DNA from: Lachnospiraceae bacterium
GTDB lineage: Bacteria; Bacillota; Clostridia; Lachnospirales; Lachnospiraceae
Direction: 5' to 3'
NCBI GenBank assembly: GCA_024403355.1
Contig: JAKSRW010000014.1
Coordinates: 1 to 32,000, forward strand
DNA length: 32,000 nucleotides
Shown here piece by piece: positions 7,775-17,749 of this stretch. The position numbers and the translations under genes are program-made. The notes under the pieces were generated by a model. The model worked only from the letters and a program-made list of their open reading frames with translations. It was not told where the DNA came from and searched no databases. The stretch's first letter is position 1. Each line of letters begins with the position of its first letter.

Positions 7775-10402
7775 ATGAAACTGTTCGGAAAAATTTCAGT
7801 GCTTTTGTTTGCCATGGTATGCGCCGTAATGTGCGTATTTACTGTGCAGGCGGAGGCGAAGTCAGACAGCATCGGCTGGGATATGAGTAAAAACCGGATC
7901 GGGAATTCAAATGTTAAGGTTTCCCTCGATGAGACGGTGAAATATCCCGGTGCCGAGAATTCGATTAAGGTAGTTAATGACGACTATTACTGTGTAGCAG
8001 TTACAAATACTTTCAAGGTAACTCCCGGCAAGTATTACGTTGCTTCGGCCTGGGTAAAGTATGAGGGCTATAAGCTTCATCCGGATAAAATCAGTGATTC
8101 GGGTGCACATATCGGAATTCCCGGAACCTTTGCCGGTTCAGCTACCTATTACGGTTCTGAATGGAAAAAGCATGAATTTGTATTCAAGGCCGGCAGTGAG
8201 GGCAGCATTGATATAGCGCTTTGGAACGGACATTATGGTGCGGAGTGCAAGGGAACCGCATATTTCTGTGATTTTAAGGTTGAGGAATATCAGCCCGGTA
8301 ATGTGGATGATAAAAATGTTCTTGTAAAAAGATTAGAGGCAAAGACTGCAATTCCCGGAAATATTATTTCAAGAATGGATGATAATTATTCGGGTATACC
8401 CGTGACCTTTGAGTTCTGGGGTGAGGATGGTCTTTACAGGGTAGCCTATTGTGACGCAGTAAATGTCTATATCGATATCCTTGATAAGGAGCTTAACAGA
8501 AGCAAAACCATAAAGGTTAAGAAGGAATATGACAAGCTTGGAAGTGTCACAATAGATAAAAAGGGTAATTATTACATTGTATATGGTAATGATGATACAG
8601 ACGAAAAGGGTGACGTCCCTGTAATTTCGGTGGTAAAATATTCTGCTTCGGGTAAAAAGCTCGGAAGGACTGATTTTACAGGCAGGGACAGTAACTGGAA
8701 CGATAAAGAGCTTAACTTTGGAACAAGGGTGCCCTTCAGCCACTCAAACTGTGACACTGTAATTGATGAAAACGGAGTGCTTGTGGTTCGTTACGGCAGA
8801 ACGATGTATAACGGACATCAGTCAAGCTATGCTCATTATGTTGATACAAAAACCATGGAAAAGCTGGAGCTTCCCAGCCCATACATCAGCCATTCCTTTA
8901 ACCAGAAGGTAATCGTCACTGAGGACGGCAGCTATTTAATGGCTGAAAAAGGAGATGCCTTTGAAAGAGGTATCACTATTTCAAAGGTTTACAAAAAGGA
9001 TGACGGCAGCTGGATACAGATTTCGTTCACTCCCTTCCACTTCAGAAGCGGTGCATTTTATCAAAAGGTATATGCGACAATAGCAGGTATCGAGGAATTA
9101 TCAAACGGATATGCACTTGCAGGAACTTCAGTAAAGACTCTCTCCTGTAAGGTGCCTGTGGAAAATGATGCTGATGATCTCGAAGCGAGAAACCTCTTTA
9201 TACAGATATTTAAGAAGGATTTTAGCTCCGAGGATACCGGAAAGAAGGACGTTCATCTCTTAAAGGGCAGCACCAGAAAGGCCACAGATACAGAATTTGC
9301 AGGAAGCTCTGAGCATGGCTGTCAGCCCGGAGACATTGACTATGGTGTTTTATGGATCACAAATTATAAGGATGATGAGTACGCATCTGTACCTAAATTA
9401 ATCAAGCTTAATTCAAAGCAGCTGATGCTTCTCTGGGAGAAGAAAGCTCATAAGCATGGCAAGTATTGTATCGATGATACATATATCAGCACATATTACT
9501 GTATCGTATCAAAGGATGGCGAGTTTATTAAAAAGCCTACCGAGATTCCCGGGCTGAGAATTTCCGAATATACCGAGCCTGCTTATAAGGATGGCTATGT
9601 ATACCTTGTTTCCGTACCCGATTATACCGGAGCATATGGCTATGAAGAGGGCGATAAGTGCGAGTATATCATAAGTAAGATTAGGGTTGAAATCCCTGAA
9701 ACTGAGGCTGTTGCACCCAAGGCAGTAAGCAAGCTGAGCGTCAGCGAAGGCCCCAAGGACTATGCAAAGCTCAGCTGGACGGATGAGGGCGATGCAGATA
9801 AGTACGTTATTTACCGCAAAAGCTCAGCGGGCGGAAAATACAAGAAGATCGGAAGCACAACAGTCTGGTCTTTTAAGGATACGACAAAGCTTACGCAGGG
9901 CAGGACTTATTATTATAAGGTTAAGGCTGTTTATAATACCGGTAAATCAGTCACATCAAAGGCTGTGACCTTTGTTCCGAAGGAAATTAAATGGGATAAT
10001 ACGGTAAGCTATACTGGCGGTGTAAATGTATCTGTCGACAGAAAGGTTAAGTACGGCAGCAGTAAATATTCGATAAAGATTATTAATACGGACTACGAGT
10101 GCGGCTATGTAGAAAAGACCTTTGATGTGAAGCCGAATTCGACCTATAAGGCGACAGTTATGGTTAAGGTTGATGGTTATAAGCTTCAGCCCGGAAAATA
10201 CTATGATTCAGGTGCAGGAATTGGTGCACCCGACCAGTACAGTGTTGCAAATTCCTACAGCTCTGACTGGAAAAAGCTTGAATATGTAATTAAGACAGGC
10301 AGTGAAAAGAAGATTTCAATCGCGCTTTGGAACGGTATGTTCGGAGCGGACTGCAAGGGCACGGCATATTTCAGTGGTTTTAAGCTTACTGAAGTGAAAT
10401 GA
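7775..10402 (+). CDS. Secreted multidomain protein: N- and C-terminal paralogous jelly-roll (CBM-like) domains, central beta-rich region, FN3-like module
   Basis: RBS aggagag. Signal peptide MKLFGKISVLLFAMVCAVMCVFTVQAEA. The N-terminal block (aa 35-170) is repeated at the C-terminus (aa 735-875). Shared strings include VKYxxxxxSIKxxNxDY, VKxxGYKL, SxWKKxEx, IALWNGxxGAxCKGTAYF. FN3-like block: AKLSWTDEGDADKYVIYRK...GRTYYYKVKAVY. Confidence 0.75.
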   Translation: MKLFGKISVLLFAMVCAVMCVFTVQAEAKSDSIGWDMSKNRIGNSNVKVSLDETVKYPGAENSIKVVNDDYYCVAVTNTFKVTPGKYYVASAWVKYEGYKLHPDKISDSGAHIGIPGTFAGSATYYGSEWKKHEFVFKAGSEGSIDIALWNGHYGAECKGTAYFCDFKVEEYQPGNVDDKNVLVKRLEAKTAIPGNIISRMDDNYSGIPVTFEFWGEDGLYRVAYCDAVNVYIDILDKELNRSKTIKVKKEYDKLGSVTIDKKGNYYIVYGNDDTDEKGDVPVISVVKYSASGKKLGRTDFTGRDSNWNDKELNFGTRVPFSHSNCDTVIDENGVLVVRYGRTMYNGHQSSYAHYVDTKTMEKLELPSPYISHSFNQKVIVTEDGSYLMAEKGDAFERGITISKVYKKDDGSWIQISFTPFHFRSGAFYQKVYATIAGIEELSNGYALAGTSVKTLSCKVPVENDADDLEARNLFIQIFKKDFSSEDTGKKDVHLLKGSTRKATDTEFAGSSEHGCQPGDIDYGVLWITNYKDDEYASVPKLIKLNSKQLMLLWEKKAHKHGKYCIDDTYISTYYCIVSKDGEFIKKPTEIPGLRISEYTEPAYKDGYVYLVSVPDYTGAYGYEEGDKCEYIISKIRVEIPETEAVAPKAVSKLSVSEGPKDYAKLSWTDEGDADKYVIYRKSSAGGKYKKIGSTTVWSFKDTTKLTQGRTYYYKVKAVYNTGKSVTSKAVTFVPKEIKWDNTVSYTGGVNVSVDRKVKYGSSKYSIKIINTDYECGYVEKTFDVKPNSTYKATVMVKVDGYKLQPGKYYDSGAGIGAPDQYSVANSYSSDWKKLEYVIKTGSEKKISIALWNGMFGADCKGTAYFSGFKLTEVK

Positions 10403-10428
10403 GTATAGTAGCGTGAAGCTTGAAAATA

Positions 10429-10474
10429 TATAAAATAGAAAGATAACCCACTGCCTTTAGGCGGTGGGTGAAGC
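10429..10474 (+). repeat. Dispersed repeat, module A copy 1 (hairpin cccactgcc-ttta-ggcggtggg)
   Basis: 45 of 46 nt are identical to 25600-25645. The 9-bp stem contains one U-G wobble when read on the plus strand. Confidence 0.85.
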
Positions 10475-10590
10475 TTTCGCGAGGTGCGGGGTTCAAGCCC
10501 CGTACCTCGTAAGCTGCGGTAGCAGCGATTTTATAACGAGTGACAAGCGAAGCGGTCACGAGTTTGACTTTCTAACTGCGGTACAGCCGG
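10475..10590 (+). repeat. Dispersed repeat copy R3 (modules B and C) in the leader of atp operon 1
   Basis: Three hairpins are present. The first is a 12-bp stem cgaggtgcgggg/ccccgtacctcg, the second is gctgc-ggta-gcagc, and the third is gtgac-aagcgaagcg-gtcac. The region is homologous to R1 and R2. Segment 10475-10553 is absent from the 25600 copy and is bounded by a gaagc direct repeat. Confidence 0.7.
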
Positions 10591-10596
10591 AAAGGA

Positions 10597-11475
10597 ATGG
10601 ATATTAGTATGGTCGAAAAGAAAAAGAAAGGAAAAGGGAAAACCGTCTTTATAATCGTTTGGATTGCGCTGATAGCGGGGCTTCTGGCGGCGATTTTTCT
10701 GCTGGGGCTGCCGGAAGGTGAGAGCGAGAGCATAAAGGTTATAATGAAGGACGGGGTTCTGCATGAAACGAACCGGATAAGCCTGTTCGGACTGATTGAG
10801 GTCAATCCGGGACTGATTTCCGCATATGTTGTGACGGCGGTACTTCTGCTGGCGGCAATTTTAATCAGGATATTTGCCATACCTAAATTCAAATATACGC
10901 CCGGAAAATTCCAGATTGTGATAGAAAAAGCAGTAGAATTTTTCTCGGACATGGCAAAAACAAACAGCCCACACAAAACGGGCTTCGTAGCAGCATATAT
11001 ATTCAGCGCGGGTGCATACATATTTTTCAGTACACTTTTTGAGCTGATAGGAATGCAGTGGATTACCACAAAGGGCAATCCCATAGCGCTTCCGGCACCG
11101 CTTGCGGATATTAATGCGGCGATAGCGATGGGTGTAATGTCATACGTAGTTATACTCGGGGCAGGCATTATTTCGAACGGAATTAAGGGCGGACTGAGGG
11201 TCCTGAAGGATTTTTCACTTCCGATTTCGATGAGCTTCCGTCTCTTCGGTGCTCTTTTGAGCGGTCTGCTGGTCACTGAGCTGGTATATTATTTTGTATC
11301 ACTCAGCTTCGTGCTTCCGGTAATTGTGGGCGTGCTTTTTACAATTTTGCATGCACTGATTCAGACATACGTGCTGGCGACACTTGTTTCCACCTTCTAC
11401 GGTGAGGCGGTAGAGCCGCCAAAGCCCAAGGAAGCAAAGGCCTCTGAAGCAGATGAAAATGCTGAAAAGAGCTAG
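10597..11475 (+). CDS. atpB: F-type ATP synthase subunit a (divergent)
   Basis: Multi-TM protein with the essential Arg motif in the form SFRLFGALLSG, and IQTYVLATLVSTFY in the last helix. It is the first gene of an a-c-b-alpha-gamma-beta-epsilon cluster. The ATG at 10609 is an alternative start. Confidence 0.8.
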   Translation: MDISMVEKKKKGKGKTVFIIVWIALIAGLLAAIFLLGLPEGESESIKVIMKDGVLHETNRISLFGLIEVNPGLISAYVVTAVLLLAAILIRIFAIPKFKYTPGKFQIVIEKAVEFFSDMAKTNSPHKTGFVAAYIFSAGAYIFFSTLFELIGMQWITTKGNPIALPAPLADINAAIAMGVMSYVVILGAGIISNGIKGGLRVLKDFSLPISMSFRLFGALLSGLLVTELVYYFVSLSFVLPVIVGVLFTILHALIQTYVLATLVSTFYGEAVEPPKPKEAKASEADENAEKS

Positions 11476-11596
11476 TCTTTGCAAAGAGCAGACCAGTCTT
11501 AAAGCATTTTCGCTCTTAGCATGAGGCTGGGGATGAAAAATATTTTTAGATAAATAAGTGCCCGTGCTCCAAACTATGTGCTGCGGGTAGAAAGGG

Positions 11597-11983
11597 ATGG
11601 TTATTATGAAATTAGTTAAGAAATTTTCAGTTTTATTGGTTCTTTTGATGGTTATGACAATTGGTTTTACATTTACCGCAAAGGCTGTTGCGGCAGATGA
11701 GGATGCGGTAGTTACCGCAGAGGCTGCAGAGGCAGCGGAGGCTGAGGCAGAGGATGGTTCAAAGGGCAGCAAGGCTATTGCGGCAGCTATCGTAGTAGGT
11801 CTTGCGGCAGCAGCCGGTGCACTCGGTATGGGTATTGCGGTAGGAAAAAGTACAGAGAGCATGTCGCGTCAGCCCGAGGCAGCCGGAAAGATTAATTCCT
11901 CGATGATGCTCGGCCTGGTATTTATCGAGACAGCTATTATTTATGCACTTATCATTGCGATTCTGATTATTTTCGTATTGTAA
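11597..11983 (+). CDS. atpE: F-type ATP synthase subunit c with an N-terminal signal-peptide-like extension and acidic tail
   Basis: The C-terminal 75 aa form a classic c hairpin (GALGMGIAVGK...SRQPE...LGLVFIETAIIYALI). The N-terminal 50 aa read KLVKKFSVLLVLLMVMTIGFTFTAKA, then VAADEDAVVTAEAAEAAEAEAED. The start could be 11597 or 11606. Confidence 0.8.
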   Translation: MVIMKLVKKFSVLLVLLMVMTIGFTFTAKAVAADEDAVVTAEAAEAAEAEAEDGSKGSKAIAAAIVVGLAAAAGALGMGIAVGKSTESMSRQPEAAGKINSSMMLGLVFIETAIIYALIIAILIIFVL

Positions 11984-12041
11984 TGTAAACAGCTTATTTA
12001 GCAGATTGTTCTGACTATTTACATCAGAAAAGAGGGAAAAT

Positions 12042-12539
12042 ATGCCGTTAAATATTGATCTTGTGCAGATTTTACTGCACATGCTGAATTTTGTAATACT
12101 TGCCGGCGGACTCACGCTTATCCTTTTTAAGCCTGTGAGTAAGTTTCTGGCAGAGCGCAGGGAGTATTTTGAGAAGCTCGAGAAGGAACATGCCGAAATG
12201 TCTGAGGAAAACGCGAAGATGAAGGCTGAATATGAGCAGAAGATGGAGGAGACAAAGGCAGAGATTAGCGAGCTTCGCAAGCAGTCCGAAAAGGAGGCTG
12301 CGGACGCGGCAAAGGCCTATATTGATGCGGCTAAGGAGCAGGCTGCCAATATTATTAAGACTGCCGAAAAGGACGCCGAGGACAGAAGAAGCCATATTCT
12401 GGATTCTGCCCAGACCGAAATCAGCGAGCTGGTAATCGAGGCAACCCAGAAGCTTCTCAGCGAGACCGCTTCTGCGGAGCGCAGCCGTGCACTTTATGAC
12501 GAATTCATTGTAAATGCTGAAAAGGATACGAAGAAATAA
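12042..12539 (+). CDS. atpF: F-type ATP synthase subunit b
   Basis: RBS agaggga. One N-terminal TM helix followed by a long charged coiled-coil rich in E, K and A. Its position lies between c and alpha. Confidence 0.8.
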   Translation: MPLNIDLVQILLHMLNFVILAGGLTLILFKPVSKFLAERREYFEKLEKEHAEMSEENAKMKAEYEQKMEETKAEISELRKQSEKEAADAAKAYIDAAKEQAANIIKTAEKDAEDRRSHILDSAQTEISELVIEATQKLLSETASAERSRALYDEFIVNAEKDTKK

Positions 12540-12571
12540 GCATTTTACCGAGAAAGATGTGGTTATAAATC

Positions 12572-14362
12572 ATGATAAATGAGGATGTTTTTGATAAAGA
12601 GGATGAAGTCGTTCAGGAAAATGTCCTGAAGGTGGAAATTCGTTGCATGATTCCGCCGAATGATGAGCAGAAGGAGAAAATCCGCGAATTTATGCTCAGC
12701 AAATACAAGGCGGACAAGGTGGAAATTGTGATTCACAAGGACCCTGCGGCGGCTGACGGCTTCAATATTTTCGTAGGTGACGATAACTACGACTGGACAA
12801 CACTGGGACGTATCAGACAGCTCAGAAAGTCCATTCAGGCACTTCCAAAGGAAAAGAGCTTTGACAATATTATTTCGCTGCTCCGTGAGGATATCAGGAA
12901 TTTCAAGCTTACACCCGGCTATCAGCAGGTGGGAGAGGTGCTTTTCGTAGGTGATGGAATTGCGGTAATCGATGGCCTTCATGATGTGGCCTACGGTGAA
13001 ATAGTGCTCTTTGACTGCGGTGTAAAGGGCATGGTGCAGGACATCAGAACCGACGGAACTACAGGTATCGTTCTTTTTGGCGATGCGACAGATATTGTGG
13101 CCGGTTCGCGTGTGGTCAGAACAAGGCGTACCGCAGGTATTCCCATCAGCAACAGAATTCTGGGCCGAATGATCGACCCTCTGGGAAAGCCTATTGACGG
13201 CGGCGAGGATATTGATGCAAAGGAATACTTCCCGATTGAGCGCCCGGCCCCCGGGATTATTGAACGTAAATCGGTTAACAGGCCCATGGAAACGGGCATT
13301 CTGGCTATAGATTCGATGTTCCCCATCGGACGCGGGCAGCGTGAGCTCATCATCGGTGACCGTCAGACAGGCAAAACCTCTATCGCGATTGATACAATTC
13401 TGAACCAGAAGGGCAAGGATGTGGTCTGCGTATATGTGGCAATCAGCCAGAAGGCGAGCTCTGTGGCGAAGGTGGTTAATACTCTTGAAAAGGCCGGTGC
13501 GATGGAATACACGGTTGTTGTCTCGTCGCCTGCGAGCGATGCACCGTCCCTGCAGTATATTGCCCCTTATGCGGGCTGTGCCGTTGCGGAGTACTTTATG
13601 TATCACGGACGCGATACGCTTATTATATACGATGACCTTTCAAAGCATGCGGTGGCCTACCGAACCATAAGCCTTCTGCTCGAGCGTGCACCCGGCCGTG
13701 AGGCTTATCCGGGAGATGTATTCTACCTGCATTCGCGACTGCTGGAACGTTCCGCGCAGCTTTCGGACGAGCTGGGCGGCGGCAGTATGACGGCCCTTCC
13801 CATTGTAGAAACACAGGCGGGTGATGTTTCGGCATACATCCCTACAAATATTATTTCGATTACGGACGGACAGATTTTCCTAGATAATGAGATGTTCTAT
13901 TCGGGTCAGCGGCCCGCGGTAAATGTAGGTCTTTCGGTATCACGAGTGGGCGGCGCGGCGCAGCTGAATCTGATGAAGAAATCGGTAGGCACCATTCGTC
14001 TGGACCTTGCACAGTACCGTGAAATGCAGGTATTTGCGCAGTTCAGCAGTGACCTTGACGAACAGACTATGATCCCTTTGAAATACGGTGCGGGACTTAT
14101 GCAGATTTTGAAGCAGCCGAACCAGGCACCTCTTTCCTTCTGGCAGCAGGTTGTAATACTGAATGTTGCGCAGGCAAGGAAATTCTTAAATATTGAAGCA
14201 AAAAAGATTCCGGCCCTCAAGAAGGAATTTCTGGAATGGTTCGCCCTTGAACAGCATGCTCTTTGTCTGAAAATAGAGCACACAGCGACCTATTCGGACG
14301 AACTGAAGGTAGAGATTCTGAAGGCCGCAGACGAATTTTTTGAGACACACGTAACTGAGTAA
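12572..14362 (+). CDS. atpA: F-type ATP synthase alpha subunit with an N-terminal domain resembling the delta (OSCP) C-terminal domain
   Basis: Residues from about 96 onward are canonical alpha ([17 protein letters not shown], Walker [12 protein letters not shown]). Residues 1-95 ([70 protein letters not shown]) match the pattern of the delta C-terminal domain. No separate atpH ORF lies between atpF and this gene. Confidence 0.8.
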   Translation: MINEDVFDKEDEVVQENVLKVEIRCMIPPNDEQKEKIREFMLSKYKADKVEIVIHKDPAAADGFNIFVGDDNYDWTTLGRIRQLRKSIQALPKEKSFDNIISLLREDIRNFKLTPGYQQVGEVLFVGDGIAVIDGLHDVAYGEIVLFDCGVKGMVQDIRTDGTTGIVLFGDATDIVAGSRVVRTRRTAGIPISNRILGRMIDPLGKPIDGGEDIDAKEYFPIERPAPGIIERKSVNRPMETGILAIDSMFPIGRGQRELIIGDRQTGKTSIAIDTILNQKGKDVVCVYVAISQKASSVAKVVNTLEKAGAMEYTVVVSSPASDAPSLQYIAPYAGCAVAEYFMYHGRDTLIIYDDLSKHAVAYRTISLLLERAPGREAYPGDVFYLHSRLLERSAQLSDELGGGSMTALPIVETQAGDVSAYIPTNIISITDGQIFLDNEMFYSGQRPAVNVGLSVSRVGGAAQLNLMKKSVGTIRLDLAQYREMQVFAQFSSDLDEQTMIPLKYGAGLMQILKQPNQAPLSFWQQVVILNVAQARKFLNIEAKKIPALKKEFLEWFALEQHALCLKIEHTATYSDELKVEILKAADEFFETHVTE

Positions 14363-14410
14363 GACCACCCCTGACCCCCATCGCCCCACCACAAAATCAA
14401 AGGAGGAACT

Positions 14411-16748
<2,338 letters not shown>

Positions 16749-16804
16749 AAAAGGCGCACCAATCTACTCCATGAGCAACTCATTACATTCGTTGCATTAG
16801 GAGG

Positions 16805-16840
16805 AAGTTTGAAATAAATTTCAAACTATGAGATTGGTGC
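16805..16840 (+). repeat. Direct repeat copy B in the beta-epsilon spacer
   Basis: See copy A. The string gagcaactcatt is also duplicated (16773-16784 and 16844-16855). Confidence 0.85.
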
Positions 16841-16870
16841 GAAGAGCAACTCATTGCACCAAAAGAAAAA

Positions 16871-17311
16871 ATGAAGGAAGGCAGATTAGTGAACAGCTTT
16901 AAATTGTCAATTTTATCGATGGATAAGCCATTTTATGTGGGTGACTGCGTCTCGCTTGTAGTACCTGTGAGCGACGGAATGCTGGGTATACAGGCCAATC
17001 ATCCTCCCATGACGGCTGCGGTACGGGCGGGAATTGTATCGTTTACACTTCCGGACGGTACACGCAGGGAGTGCGTGGTATCCCGCGGCATAGTCGATAT
17101 TTCTAAAAATGATCCGCGAATTCTTTGTGAAACAGTAATGGATCCCGATGAGGTCGATGAGGAAATGGCCAGACGTGCCCTCGAGGAGGCTCAGATAGCC
17201 CTCGATGAAGAAAAAGGCCGCAAGGACTACATCATTTCCCAGCAGGCATTTGCGAACGCATTTAACAGTCTTAAGGTAAAACAGCACCGTGCCATGAAGA
17301 CCAATAACTGA
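16871..17311 (+). CDS. atpC: F-type ATP synthase epsilon subunit
   Basis: Beta-sandwich N-domain pattern (LSILSMDKPFYVGDCVSLVVPVSDGMLGIQANHPPM) plus a helical C-domain. GTG at 16889 is the more likely start, lying 7 nt after AAGGAAGG. Confidence 0.8.
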   Translation: MKEGRLVNSFKLSILSMDKPFYVGDCVSLVVPVSDGMLGIQANHPPMTAAVRAGIVSFTLPDGTRRECVVSRGIVDISKNDPRILCETVMDPDEVDEEMARRALEEAQIALDEEKGRKDYIISQQAFANAFNSLKVKQHRAMKTNN

Positions 17312-17327
17312 GACCGAAAATTAGTTC

Positions 17328-17356
17328 TTTACAAAATAAAATAACGATGCTATACT
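17328..17356 (+). promoter_or_regulatory. Sigma-70-like promoter (extended -10) for the metG leader
   Basis: TTTACA, 17-nt spacer, TATACT preceded by TG-n. Confidence 0.55.
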
Positions 17357-17362
17357 TTCGTT

Positions 17363-17630
17363 AGCGAAAGGCTGTGAAGAGAAGAGTAAATTATTCCGAA
17401 GGCTTACAGAGAATCCGGTAGTGTGCTGAGAACGGAGGCGGGAAGATAATTGAAGATGGTCTTGGAGCCGCAGGGTCGAAGCTTTTAGATTCTGACGGGT
17501 GCACCCGTTACAGTGCCGACTGTTGATGGACAGTTACAGAGGTTCGTATCGTGAGGTGCGGATGAATTAAAGTGGTAACACGTGAGTATTATGCTCTCGT
17601 CTTTAATTAAAGACGGGAGCTTATTTTTTC
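17363..17630 (+). promoter_or_regulatory. T-box riboswitch leader, probable Met (AUG) specifier
   Basis: Stem I elements tgaagagaagagta and gtgctgagaa. Candidate specifier gaagATGg at 17455-17457. T-box sequence aattaaagtggtaacacg at about 17565-17582. Terminator gctctcgtcttt/aaagacgggagc (17593-17620) followed by ttatttttt. It lies immediately upstream of metG. Confidence 0.85.
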
Positions 17631-17749
17631 GGATTTTTTCCGGGGCCGGCTATGAATCCATCACATACCGGGAAGTGGGCCGCATTAGCGGTGACGACCG
17701 AGGTTTTTATACAAAGACTTCGGATTGCAGCAAAGAAAGGAATGATTTT

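Noticed and set aside
10481-10510. GGGGTTCAAGCCCC, reminiscent of a tRNA T-arm, inside cgaggtgcggggttcaagccccgtacctcg
   Set aside because: It is a simple 12-bp hairpin with a 6-nt loop. There is no D-arm, no anticodon arm and no separate acceptor 5' strand, so it is not a tRNA gene. It is treated as part of the dispersed repeat.
12563-13606. 347-aa minus-strand ORF antisense to atpA, and similar long antisense ORFs (10572-11276, 11299-11862, 15553-16044, 30368-31177, 221-793)
   Set aside because: They lie entirely opposite strongly supported conserved genes. They have low-complexity or Arg/Cys-rich composition and no RBS.
17582-17749. N-terminal 56-aa extension of metG in the ORF track
   Set aside because: It overlaps the T-box terminator and antiterminator. 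The conserved MetRS N-terminus begins at the ATG at 17750, which has its own RBS.
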